A DNA stretch of 37,162 nt from Octopus sinensis (taxonomy: Eukaryota), in contig NW_021835167.1 in the NCBI RefSeq assembly GCF_006345805.1, positions 1 through 37,162 on the forward strand, read 5' to 3'. The notes below the pieces were generated by a model. That model did not search any database and was not told the DNA's origin. It saw only the letters and a list, made by a program, of their open reading frames with translations. Below, in pieces: positions 1 to 12,400 of this stretch (its first letter is position 1; the number at the start of each line of letters is the position of its first letter). Position numbers and translations under genes: made by a program.

Positions 1-95
1 GGATAACTTCTTAATAAGGGATCTTAACAAGAATTATCAGGTAGTTAGCGTGAAAACCTCATAAAAGTTCCCTTATTAAGAAGTTATCCTTAATT
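1..95. repeat. Short hairpin / MITE-like element, left arm truncated by the window edge
   Basis: 1-21 GGATAACTTCTTAATAAGGGA is the exact reverse complement of 69-89. A related copy lacking the right arm lies at about 35478-35550. Both copies abut (AT)n. Confidence 0.7.
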
Positions 96-1321
96 GTTAA
101 TATATATATATATATATAATATATATAATATATATATATATATATATAACATTCATATACATATATACATATTTATATACACACATATGTGTCTATGTAT
201 GTATTTGTCTATATTGCATATGTATGTGTGTGTCTATGTATGTATGGATTGATATTGGTTTGATATTGCAGAGCTTGCGGTCAATTTATTCAGATTCATA
301 GAAATTCATTTACTTTATAGAAATTATTTACATCCGACCTTATTAAAATTCATAGAATTGGTAAAAGTAATTATTGGAAATAATAACAATTAAAATTGAA
401 TTCTTCCACAAATATAACAGTTAAAATTTAACAAAATAATCTACAGTATCATCCTCAATAAGTTTCCTGGTGAACTTCTTCATATCAGATTCATATGTCC
501 ATTTATATCTGCACTTCCCTAATGCTAGACAGAGAAGTGTAGAGACCTCATAAGTTTATAGTTGCTGTTGGCAATTCTGCTCTATATTACACGGCGTCTC
601 TTGTGTGTCTCTGTTAACAGTGTGTTGAGTTTAACATCAGGTAGTTTGCATTTTGATTTCGTTTGGTAGTTGTATATGCTGAAGTTTCATTGCGTAGATG
701 CACGAGGTGATATTTGTAATTATTTTTGCTTGGAGTGAACAGTCAAGGTCATTAGTCATTATACCACAAAATTTAATAAATACAGAGACACAAATACAAT
801 TATACCATGATACACAAATATCATTATACATTAGACACAAATACCATTATACACAAAACTTAATACATACAGAGACTCCTTTGCGAACTTACAATATTCC
901 TGCCTGAAATTGCTCCATGACGTCTCGGGAAAAACAAATATCACAAAATAGTTTGGGACTGAAACGAATGAATATACAATGTATATGTTGCTTCATTAAC
1001 TTTCGACAACTTTCGTTCGCGTATACCTCGAAGATCCGTTTCTGTATCCGGCTCAGCCAAATAGATACAACCTTTACTCTATTCTAAGTATTTTCTCTTG
1101 TTTATTAGAAATGTTTTTTTTTCGGAAGATGTTAAAATTACGATGACAACAAATCGACAGCCGAAGTGGGATTATATTTGTTTACAGCCAATATTTTTAT
1201 TTCTGTTTCTGATATTCGATTTTCATACAGAATCATATGTCGTCCTTTTGTACAGTGTCTTAATTTCTTTTTGGAAATTTAGCCGTGAGGTCAACATTTG
1301 TATGGTTTTGTTAAGGACCTC

Positions 1322-1470
1322 ACCACAGTACTCGACCGGTACGTTATTTTATTGACCCCGAAAAGAAAATAAACTGAAATTGGTGTCGGCAGGATTTGAA
1401 CATAGAGAGTAAAGACGGAAGAAATAGCGCAAAGTATCTTTTCCGAGCCTTTAACAATTTCGGTTAATCT
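1322..1470 (-). mobile_element. Partial degenerate tRNA-derived SINE (family A)
   Basis: Similar to the neighbouring copy at 1485-1711 and to 8162-8345 (TATTTTATTGACCCCGAAA...GGATTTGAAC). Confidence 0.6.
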
Positions 1471-1484
1471 CCAATAATAATATT

Positions 1485-1711
1485 TATTTCTACTCTAGGC
1501 ACAAAGCCTTGACAATTTTTCGGGGATGGAGGGGGGGGCTAGTCGATTATATTGACTCCACTGCGTAACTGGTATTTATTTCATTGACTTCGGAAAAAAG
1601 AGGAAAGGCAAAATCGATCTCAGTGGAATTTGAACTCAGAACATAGTGGCAGAGGAAATAACTCTAAGCATTTCGCTCGGCTTGCTATCGGTTCTGCCAG
1701 CTCACCGCCTT
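1485..1711 (-). mobile_element. tRNA-derived SINE (family A)
   Basis: The minus strand begins AAGGCGGTGAGCTGGCAGAA and carries a B-box-like GAGTTCAAATTCC. Homologous to copies at 8162 and 8652. Confidence 0.8.
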
Positions 1712-1788
1712 ATAATAATATAATAAAATAATAATAATAATAATGAATAATAATAATAATAATATAATAATATATTTAGTTATTATTA

Positions 1789-1840
<52 letters not shown>

Positions 1841-1862
1841 TATTATTATTATTATATTATAT
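1712..1862. repeat. (TAA)n/(TTA)n microsatellite
   Basis: Trinucleotide runs seen directly. Confidence 0.95.
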
Positions 1863-2408
1863 TGAGAGAGAGCAGTGCATCCCACCAAAGTGACACTTGG
1901 GTAAAATATACAAAGCCCAGTATACCCATCATGACTACTCCACTGATAAGGGTACACCAGGCAAATGCATCGCAAATATATGTACGCGACATGGTGATTT
2001 CATATCAAGATAAACAGCACATGACATTGCAGATGGGGCCCAGTTAGAATTTTCTTCTAGTCGAGTAACCAATTCCGCTCAAAAGGTCCCTGAATAAGGG
2101 TTGTTTAAGGATGTTGAACGAAACACCCATGTTTCCAGAGGTGAATTATCCATACCTCCAATAATTCCTTTCAACACACTGCTATTATGCTCCCCCGCTA
2201 CTTCTGCTCGTTATCAGAGATACACATATCGTCAGCCACTAAGGGACATGCTCAACTGGTTATGGTCAAACAACTGATAAGCAAATCTGTGGTATTGAGC
2301 AGAATATTTGCTGTAGCCCATCTTTTATACCAAGACAAAACAATGTACTTTCAATCAGTTAAGATCAGAAGCCATGTGAGCCACTGTCTGGTACTGCATC
2401 AGAGCATT
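1863..2408. mobile_element. Non-coding interspersed repeat flanked by (TTA)n; possibly a UTR segment of an R4/Dong-like LINE
   Basis: Higher-GC block bounded on both sides by TTA repeats and lying next to an RLE-domain remnant. The family assignment is recollection plus inference. Confidence 0.45.
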
Positions 2409-2480
2409 TATTATTATTATTATTATTATTATATTATTATTATTATTATTATCATCATTATTATTAACATTATTATTATA
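2409..2480. repeat. (TTA)n microsatellite
   Basis: Seen directly. Confidence 0.95.
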
Positions 2481-2514
2481 ATAGGACATTTTTAATGTTT
2501 AAACGGATGATGAA

Positions 2515-2830
2515 ATTCTTGCAAGGCGACCAGATATATGGTTCTGGGCAGAGGAAGAAAAGAGTGCAACATCATAGATGTAAACATGAATGCAGAAGTC
2601 AAAGAATAGGAGAAAATAGGAAAATACCAGGACTTGTCCAGGGAAATATAAATAATGAGGAGGCTTTCTACAAAAGTAATCCCACCTGTAATAGGTGCCC
2701 AATCGTCACCAACACACTTGGCAGTTTTCTTATATTAGAGGTTTGTGTAACTACGAGAGTTGCATTAATTCAGAAATCTGCTCTATTGGGAAAACCAAGG
2801 ATTGTCCGTAAAGGATCTAGTTCCGACCCA
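2515..2830 (+). pseudogene. Decayed C-terminal restriction-like endonuclease (RLE) region of an R4/Dong-type non-LTR retrotransposon
   Basis: Across frameshifts and stops it reads ARRPDI..., KECNIIDV..., EKIGKYQDLSREI..., KVIPPVIGA... and RVALIQKSALLGKPRIVRK. This matches the RPD...IIDV...EK..KY.DL and IQK.ALLGT.RI.RK motifs of the R4/Dong RLE domain. Confidence 0.75.
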
Positions 2831-2902
2831 AAATCAAGGTCCTTGACTGCGTATATGAATCATTCGTTCTATCCAAGAACAATGATAAATATCATCGGCA
2901 CA

Positions 2903-3250
2903 GACATGGTTGTGCATAAGGAGTTTACTTCCCACCCACTTAATTCCAGATTTAGTCCCACTGCATGACATCACAAGCATGCCTTCTACTACAGCCTCCG
3001 GCTGACCAAAGCCTTGCGTGTGTTTTTGCGTGTCTGTGTTTGTGTCTATGTTTGACCTTTCACCACCGCTTGACAACCGGTATTCCTGTTTACATCCACG
3101 TAAGTTAACAATTTCGTAAAACAGACCGATACACAAAGTGCCAAGTTTTATAAAAACAAAATTACTGGGGTCGATTCGTTCCACTCAAATTTTTCAAGGC
3201 GGCGCCCCAGCATGGCCGCAGTCTTATTGCTGAAAGAAGAAACAGATGAA
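2903..3250 (+). mobile_element. Degenerate SINE (family B)
   Basis: Collinear with 18159-18574: GTCCCACTG, GCTTGACAACCG, GGGGTCGATT, CCCCAGCATGGCCGCAGTC tail. Confidence 0.75.
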
Positions 3251-4688
3251 AGAATGATGATTTTCTTTCTTTCTCGGCGCAAATATGATGATATGATTTG
3301 TTAAACTACTTGGATCCATTACCAGCACCAAAAAGTTTATTAAGAAACTATACAGAAATTTATTCTACATTTTTGTGCCGATTTGTGCCTTTTCTTTTTC
3401 TTTAATCATACAAGTATAATACGATGTGACTGCTACTGTGAAGTAATCAATAACGTGCAGGTATATCAATAACGTGTGGTTAACTTTCAAATTACAACAA
3501 CATGCTGAGAATATTTCGCTGTTCTTCCCTTTTTTTAAATATATTTTTCGAGCATCTAAGATGAAAAGTAATTTTCATTAGAGTCAGGCACGATACTAAT
3601 GAGTAAAAATATTTCATGTTTATTCATTTCGTGACATTGAAATATCAATATACACGTTTCTACATTCCTAATGTTGTTAGCTTGTAAAGCTCAGCTTACA
3701 CCACATTTTAGTTTGCATTTAATATGTCAGGTGTTCAGGAAGTAACAATAGAGATCCTATGCCTTTACATGAAAAACTAGATATTGAGTAGAACTAACAA
3801 ATGGTTACTGGAAGCAATACCGAGTCAATAGTGGAACTAATTAGGAAAAATCGAAATGATAAATGGTTTCGAATAGAGCAGCAATAAAGAATTAAAAACT
3901 GAAGTCAATATATTGGTCTCACTATTATGTACATGAGAGGAAATGTAGTAAATTAATAATGAACAAAAACAAAAATTATTTGAAAATAAATAAAGAATTT
4001 AAAATCCCCAGAGTTTAAGACTGAAAACTTTGAGGTGTATGGATCCAAGAAAGCCGATTTAATGACGTAGTTAAGTGATAAATCGTACTGGGAGTAATGA
4101 AATACATTGAGTCATTGAGGAATAAACACACATTGAATCAGCTCATGAATGCATAGAATCAATTCTATGATACAATATCGTAATGTCCATCGAGTGATTT
4201 AATCAGTTTCCAACATTTCTCAAAATGAGTCTACATTTAAGTCATGTTGAATACTTCACTAAGAAGCAATTGAATCAACCATTGAAATTTAAACATGTTT
4301 CAACATTACGCATACATGCATGCATGCATGCATACATACATACATAAATACATACACATACGCGCATGTCCTTTGTGAGTGTGTGCGTGTATGCGTTGAG
4401 GTAGAGGTGCGAATTCGGTGACAAGTTACCCCAAAAGTAATTCAAAACGCCATCAATCACTACATTGGATGGAGTTTTGACTCGGTAATTGCTTCCAGTA
4501 ACCATTAGTTAGTTCTACTCAATCTCTAGTTTTCCATGTAAAGGCATATGATTTCGATTGATACTTCCTAAACACCTGACGTATTAATATATACTAATTC
4601 TTGCTTATTGACTATTGATTATCCGTCATAGTATTGATCAATATTTGAAACAGCAAAACTGTGCATTGTGAACGTTCCTCCAAGTTAC

Positions 4689-4750
4689 AGGTGGTGCTAT
4701 TAAGTTAAACATGACCTGGGCCTATACTGGTCGGAACCAATCAAAGTTAT
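4689..4750 (+). mobile_element. Extremely 5'-truncated 3' end of a LINE related to the 27586-32337 element
   Basis: AGGTGGTGCTATTAAGTTAAACATGACCTGGGCCTATACTGGTCGGAACC aligns with 32265-32313. Confidence 0.75.
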
Positions 4751-4759
4751 ATATATATA

Positions 4760-5061
<302 letters not shown>

Positions 5062-5861
5062 GGTAAGGCTTCATCAAATAGAAAAGTGCTCTATCATCTA
5101 AGAGAAGGAAGATAATCTAAATAAAAGAATGAAATCTTGCAATTATAGCTATGTTTGAAAGACGGGTGGACTCTAGAAAGTCAATGGATACCCAATACTG
5201 TGTACGTATGCTTTGTGTTGTTATTTCTCTTGTATAATAGTTGTTTCTGCAAGGATCATGACAAACTGGTTAATTATCGTACAGAAAACCCAGTGGCTGC
5301 GCAAATTATTGATATATTTTTAACAATGGGCAGGTTATGGATACTGTACCTCATTTCTTGGAGTGCGTGAGCCCTAACCCTTGTTAGGCCTTTGCTCTTT
5401 AAAGGAAACACTGATGAAAAACGTGACTTGATTGCAAATAATGATGTTGATTAGTTTTTATTTTAGGAGTATTTGTCATCGTTGTTCAGACAGTGGGATC
5501 GGTTCTATACATGATCAGCCCTTACTTTAAAAAACGTCATTCACAAATATCGTACTGACATCATTCTTCACCTCATTTTTTTGTTTTCATTTCAAACGCT
5601 GAACGTAGGCTAAAAGTGAAAGCCACATTCAATGAAATCTAATACTGGCAATGATGCAGACAATTGTAATAAGGGCTCTAGAACGAACTGTGAAGGTTTC
5701 CAACGCGGCAGATATTCTGGGTCATCTCAGTCAAAGGGTAGTCGTTATTCTATGACTATGTATGTAGCATCTGTGTTCGATACTCGTACCGCCAGGAATT
5801 TATAGCCAACATGATACGCGTGTCTGTGCGTTTCTAAGTGCCTGAGTATACGTAACGACAG

Positions 5862-5906
<45 letters not shown>

Positions 5907-8161
5907 TATATATATATGCACACACACACACTCACACGATATATTTACGTATAATTCGTAAACGTTATTATATAAGAATTTACACATTACATAATCGAAA
6001 ATTAAATTAATATATACACGCAGTAGAATGGTTTGTTCAATAAGCTTTTTACTTTAAATAAGATTTTGTTTCCTCAATTTTAGAGGTATAATATAATTTT
6101 ATACTTTTTTCTTCTTCTAGGTAAGTTACTGACTTTCTCTACAATTTCAAACTTTGGAGTTGTCCTTTATCCACTGAAGGTTAGTGCAGCTTTCTCTGTA
6201 ATTGTTTTTGCAATAATTTCTTTTTCATTTTGTAAATATGTGAGAACGTGCATAGAAGGTACTGTGGGTGACGTGTACGTGTGTGTGTCTGTGTGTGTGT
6301 GTGCGTGTTTGTGTGTGTGTGTGTGTTTGTGCGTTCATTTGTGTATATTTAACTGTTCCGTCGTGTGTTCTTTTATTTTGCGCTGATGTAAATATTTGAG
6401 TTTTGATTTTTTAAATGAAATAAGCTAGACATAACTTTTACTCTAGAAGATTCAATAAACTTTGAAGTTTCACTATGAATATAATTTCACCTTTCCATAA
6501 TTTTAAATGAGATTTTTGCACCACAATATATATCTGAGACCGTCTCTATATAATGAATCAGTTTTAGTGCGTAGACAGTTCCTGTCGGAAGATATAATTT
6601 TATCAAGCCAAAAATTGAGGATTCGTAATATAACGTTGCAAACATATTCCCGACACAATGAAAATAATGTACCTATGAAAATTTACACTTAATCCTATAG
6701 TAAAAAGACAATATGATTACCTGTAATCATATTTAGAAATAAAAGAATAGTAACTTAGGTATCTATTAACATTGTCCAAGATGCGTCATGACGCTCTTTA
6801 CTTAGTAATAGTCCTGAATATATTGATTATTTAAAAACACCCAATGGAAATCTGTTATAAGATTTTGCGTGATGGTGTTTGATATAGTTGAGGTACAAAA
6901 GGCCATAACACCACTAAAGATACGAAAACCATAGTTCCTATAATACGATACCTACTGTTGTCGAAGAAATCGTTTTGGTATCTTAATCAGACTGTATTGC
7001 TCATTTTCTGGCTTGTCAAGAAACCAACAATTCATGTTTCTTTGGTGGAACAATTGCAAATAACAAGAACGATTGCTAGGCTGAACTTTTTTTTCGTGCT
7101 GATTTCGCTGTGCAAAATAAATCCAGTATGAAAATCGCTCAGTTCACATTTCCCAAATAGATGAGTCAGGCAATGGTAACTGGGGGAACTGAATTTCAAA
7201 CCTTTGTGTCTATTAAGATCAAATGCTCTTGAGGTTTAAATCGTTTTATTTTATAAAACAATTCCTTGAATCTAAATATTTTCGTGTCCTAATGAAAGGC
7301 TGCCAAACACATAAAGTGACATTAAGAAATTTAAATGGCAACATGCAGGCAAAGGAAAGATTAATAGCATTTTTTCGAATATGCTTATACTCACACGACA
7401 TGGATTATATTTTTCGGGATTTATTCCTTTTTACACGTACGGAAAATTGATGACATTCATAAAAGCGATTTTATTGCTTTTGCATTGCATTTCACCTCTT
7501 TTTGGAATATATTTTTTAAATATTACTTTGAAGCCTCTTTTTTTTACTCATATAACTTGAAGTATATCAGTTAGATTTTTCTTGAGGTAAACCCACTTCA
7601 CGAAATTTGACGAAGTGGCAGATTCGATATAGTATTCAGGATACCTTTGCATGACTTTCAATCACAAGGCCAACCTTGTCTTTCATATTTTAAATCATTT
7701 AAGCACAAGATGAATAAAATATCGATGTTTTTTTTTACCTCACATTTCCTGCCCCTCTCCCCGAATTTACTATCAGGGGTTGTGAGATTGTCATTGACCA
7801 TTCACACTTTCCTAGGTCAGGAAGTGTGCAAGAGCATCCTGACGGACATTAATATTTCCATAATTCTCAAAAACGCCATCTACAGTTCACGTGTTGGGGT
7901 TTGTAGAAAAAAGTGTGAAACTTATATTATTATTTTATTATATAACTGAAATCAGTATTATAAAATGTTTTACCAAATTGAATCGGACAAAACTGACAAG
8001 ATTATACTATTCAAATCAACTTCAATGACAATGGTTAAAGAACTAACGAAAAGTTCTTATGTTTATTCTGCATAAGCCGTGAGTTTTTCTGACGTGAAAA
8101 ATATTTTCAGTTACACCGACCATCGGTATTCTGTTTTTATCGAATCGCCAGGAGAACATGT

Positions 8162-8345
8162 AAGGCGGTGTGCTGGCAGAAACAGTAGCATATCGTTACT
8201 TTCTGAGTTCAAAATCCGCCGATGTCGACTTTGCCTTTCATCCTTTCGGGGTCGATATATTAAGTACCATTTACGCACTGGGGTCGAGGTAATCGACTTA
8301 ATCTCTTTGTCTGTCCTTGTTTGTCCCTTCAATATTAGCTCCTTG
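8162..8345 (+). mobile_element. tRNA-derived SINE (family A) with an internal deletion
   Basis: AAGGCGGTGTGCTGGCAGAA head, GAGTTCAAAATCC B-box, GTCGACTTTGCCTTTCATCCTTTCGGGGTCGAT body. Confidence 0.8.
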
Positions 8346-8651
8346 TGGGCAATAAGGAAAAAAGAAAAAAAAAGAGTGGTGCCCATGACCGTTTCAAGGT
8401 CTTAAAAAATCATAAGATATGGTAATGGATTTGCTGGAAGCTAGCAACAAAGTGGTCCTCAATAAAGATATCCAAAGATAGGGTAATGATGTTAAACTAG
8501 GAGAGTGTATAAGTTTCCGACCCTAAAAGGGAAATGCTTGGTTTGACCCGCTTCCACACAATCTCTCACTCGCAAATTTTATGTAAGAATAATTGGCATT
8601 TGTTAAAATGAAATTGCATTGGAATACACTTACACAGATACAAGCATATTA

Positions 8652-8800
8652 GTTTCAAATTTTGGCACAAGGTCCGTAATATCAGGGGAGTGGGCTACTC
8701 CATTGCATCGATCCCATTAGTCAGCTGGTACTTATTTTATCGACCCGAAAGAATAAAAGACAATGTTGACCCTCAGCGACATTTGGACACGAAACGTAAA
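8652..8800 (-). mobile_element. Degenerate SINE (family A), 3' part
   Basis: Reverse-strand similarity to 8162-8345 and same-strand similarity to 1485-1711 (CTGGTACTTATTTTATCGACCCGAAAG). Confidence 0.65.
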
Positions 8801-9460
8801 ATCAGAAGGCCCAAGTGCCCACGCATTGAAATAGATACACTAAACTTTCAATTAACAATCGACCCTTTTTAATCGGACGTACGTCCATGGCCTGCTGAAA
8901 TATAAACCTAGCAAAGAAAAATGCTAACTATTACTATACATTATTGGATTGGCAGGTAAGCCATTCTGATATCTACTGCTTTCACCGTCTTTATAATTTA
9001 ATGTTATAAAATCTATGTAACGTATAGTGACAGAGAAAATTCTTATACGATATTTTGAACACTGCTATTAATGTATTTCTTTGTCTCTATTTGTGCTTTT
9101 TTAATATGCCAATGTCAATTATTTTTTACAAGTTATATATAGAATTCTAACATAACAAAAATAAAATGGATTTAAGTGTTTTTGTAACGAGAAAAGAGTA
9201 CATTTTTCCGCAATAACTTTTTCAATGCACATGAAAATTCCGGAAAAAGAATTTCACCTGCATGGAATAAATGTAATAAAATGGCAGTAAAAAATGGATG
9301 GATATGTCGCAATTTTTTTATGCAGCAATATTCAAAGGACGTTTACCATTTTTTTTTATTACAACTATGTAACGACATATTAAGATTACAATAATAATTA
9401 TACTAATAATGCACACTCACACCACACTCACATACATACAAACATACATACATACACTTA

Positions 9461-9507
<47 letters not shown>

Positions 9508-10139
9508 ACTATATATATATATATATATATATATTATCTATATATATATAAACAACACACACACTATATTATATAGATATATATATATATGTATATATAT
9601 ACATACCTACAGAAAATAATGAAGTGTGGATGCGCATTCATCATTCTCTGCGGGAAGTTTACAATACATTCTTGTGATATTGAATCAGAAAATAAATGTG
9701 TAAGAAAAAGAGTTCAAGCTGGCCATACTTAAAATAGAAGCAATTTACTTGGAAGATTGAAAAGCTAAAGGTGGTAATTTAGACATGTCTGTCACTCTTA
9801 AATATGCTAAGTAATTGAGTAAATGACTTTCATTTAAAAGGTGCAATGCAAGAATATAAATGTGTATACCTGCACGGGCCTGAGTTCAGATATACATATG
9901 TTTGTGTGTGTGTGTGTTTATATATATATGTATGCTTGCATGTACACACACACCACACGCACACACAAACACATATATATGTATATATATAAGAGTATAT
10001 ATATATATATTATATATATATATATGTATATATATCTATATAATACGTATGGAATTAACATACATTACGTACACGTACACACAGACAGACAACAAAAAAC
10101 CACATAGATAAATAGATAGATATGTTATATATATGTATG

Positions 10140-10172
<33 letters not shown>

Positions 10173-10618
10173 ATATTATATATATATATATATATGGAAA
10201 AAGTCAAGATAGAAAATGCTCAAATAATTTTAAAAAAAAACATTTCGACAATTCGGGACCAGTTTCAGTCATTGAAACATTTTCAAGTGTAAGTATAATA
10301 AACAATGAAATTTCGAATAGATTAAAAGAAAAGGTTTTTTTTAAATAACATTTGCATAGTATTCAAATACAAGAGAAGGGGGCATATTCATTGGTTCTTC
10401 CTGTCTATGTCTCTCTTGTTTACTCTTGTGGGTTTGAGGTCGTTGTGAATTCTTGGTAGGGAAGAAGAAGAGGAATGCAGGAGTGCCATGATAGTTTTAT
10501 GTTAAATGGTCAAGTGCCTTGAAAGTGACTTGTTGTGGATTGTATTAGTGACTGAATACTTGAGACATCTTTTGGAATGTTTCGTTTATAAAATTTGCAT
10601 AGCTGTTATTCTAAACAG

Positions 10619-10830
10619 CGTGGATGGGGCGTGACTTAGTAGTTAGGGTGTTGAACTCATGATCGTAAGCTTGTGGTTTTGATTACTGGACCGGGCGATG
10701 TGTTGTGTTCTTCAGCAAAACATTTAATTTTCCCGTTGCTCCACCCTGCTGTCAAAAATGAGTAATCCTGCCACTGAAACCGACAAACCGACTTTCATGT
10801 GCCTGACATGGCTCGAGAAGGAAATTTTAT
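10619..10830 (+). mobile_element. Degenerate tRNA-headed SINE (family C-like)
   Basis: The head GTGGATGGGGCGTGACTTAGTAGTTAGGG...GGACCGGGCGATGTGTTGTGTT resembles the reverse complement of the 5' part of 17678-17986. Confidence 0.55.
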
Positions 10831-11059
10831 TCTAAACAGCAATAGTGGTAAAGTTAGGAAGGAGGTGTCGGAGAAGAGGAAGAAGAAGAAGAAGAAAAAG
10901 GAGAAAAAGAAAGAGGATAAGAAGTAATGTAGGCTGTATGATAGTAGTAGGGTATTAAATGTTCAAGTGACTTAAAAGTGACTCGTTATGGATTATAGTA
11001 GTTATTGGGATTGCTTTTAGGTCACTTGAACAATGTATCAAATATGAGGTACATTGATC

Positions 11060-11365
11060 AACACAGGCTCAAAATGGGGCTGTTCCAGACGGGAAACATA
11101 ACTGAAATCATCAAGATTGTTTGGGCTGCAGCTGTGGGTGAAGCGGATAGAGTTGGATACAAAAGAAAGGAACAAACAGAATGTAAAGGACCATACTGGC
11201 TTAGGCGAATTCGTGAGAAACAAAGTTAAAAAGACAAGTTGATAGATTGAGAAGAGGGAAATTACAGAACGAAAGCATAAAATTAATTCTCGAAAGAACA
11301 TATAGAATAAAATACAAAGGGTATGATGCCATATTGGAAGAATTGAATCAATAAGTAGCAGCAAT
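11060..11365 (+). pseudogene. Decayed N-terminal ORF fragment of an R4/Dong-type LINE
   Basis: Reads NITEIIKIVWAAAV...GPYWLRRI, then after a frameshift LERTYRIKYKGYDAILEELNQ. This matches the conserved PxWxRR...LERKY.IK.KG...IEELKQ region upstream of RT in this clade (recognised from memory). Confidence 0.6.
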
Positions 11366-11394
11366 CAAAGTAAAATTGGAAAAAAACAACACAA

Positions 11395-12400
11395 TAGAAG
11401 AAAAAGAAAGAAAAAAGAGAAAAAAAACGAAATGAAAAAATGAAAAGCAAAACATATTTAATCAAACAGTTTTGTGCAAATATGATGATATTCTGCTGTT
11501 ATTTTATTCATTCCTCCAAGGCTAATGACTCGCGTAAATTTTCCTCCTCATGCATTTTGAGAACTAAAAGTGTAGCAGATTCAGAATATTTTCTGAGAAT
11601 ATGCATTTTCAAGTCTTCAAAATTGTAGGTGCTTGATGCAAAATGTTCGGCAAGTTCTGTCGAATTACCGTTGTTTTGCCTCACGTCATATATATGCCCA
11701 TTGAATCATTTGTTGAATTGTTTTGTTGTACAAGTCAAGTTGTGTTTCGGGCATTCTACAGCGTACAACAAATGGGGATCTCAACACGTCTCACCTTCCT
11801 TGAAAATCATAACATTTCTTTTACGATGTTGTTGCACAATGGACAGGCCTTGCCTCCTTGTGACTGTTTTTCAAGGTACAGCGTGCAGAAACTGCAATAT
11901 TAGTTTTCTTGGAGCCAGAACTAGAGGTTGATATTCAAGCGAATTCCATCAGGAATCATAACGGAAATGTTATGATGTACACAGAAAGTGGGAGGTGTAG
12001 AGGTTTGCATTTGGTGTAGGCTGCCTGCAGAATGTACGAAACACAACTTGATTTATGCTTGTTGTACAACACAAGTAAACACACGATTCAATGGGCAAAG
12101 ATATGACGTCTGACACAATAACATTAGTTCGACAGAACTTGCCGCACACATTGCATTAAACAGCTACAATTTTGAAATAAACTTGAAAGTGTATATCCTC
12201 GGAAAATATTCTGAAACTGCTACACTTTCAATGCCCAAAATGCATGAGGAGAAATATGTTTGCAAGTTATTAACATCACGCCCTGGAGAAATGAATTCAT
12301 TGACAGCAAAGTTCATCATATTTACACAAAACTGTTTGATTAAATATTTTTCATGTTTTCTTTTCTTTTCTGCTTTTATCTTTTTTCTTTCTTTTTCCTT
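11395..12400. repeat. Long diverged inverted repeat (fold-back): arms about 430 bp, spacer about 130 bp
   Basis: About 11395-11826 aligns to the reverse complement of about 11955-12400, e.g. TATTTAATCAAACAGTTTTGTG, CTCCTCATGCATTTTG, CGGCAAGTTCTGTCGAA, TGCCCATTGAATC, TCAAGTTGTGTTTCG, ATCATAACATTTC. Roughly three-quarters identical by eye. Confidence 0.9.

Noticed and set aside
2080-2140. CTGAATA...GAAACACCCATGT hammerhead-like spacing
   Set aside because: Core G8 is missing and no stem I can form.
6121-6179. Candidate 59-nt exon (polypyrimidine-AG ... GTTAGT) reading KLLTFSTISNFGVVLYPLK
   Set aside because: No compatible neighbouring exons or recognisable motif, and such signals arise by chance in AT-rich DNA.
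6711-6732. Short palindrome ATATGATTAC-CT-GTAATCATAT
   Set aside because: A single 10-bp-arm palindrome is weak evidence in 37 kb of AT-rich DNA, and there is no second copy or supporting context.
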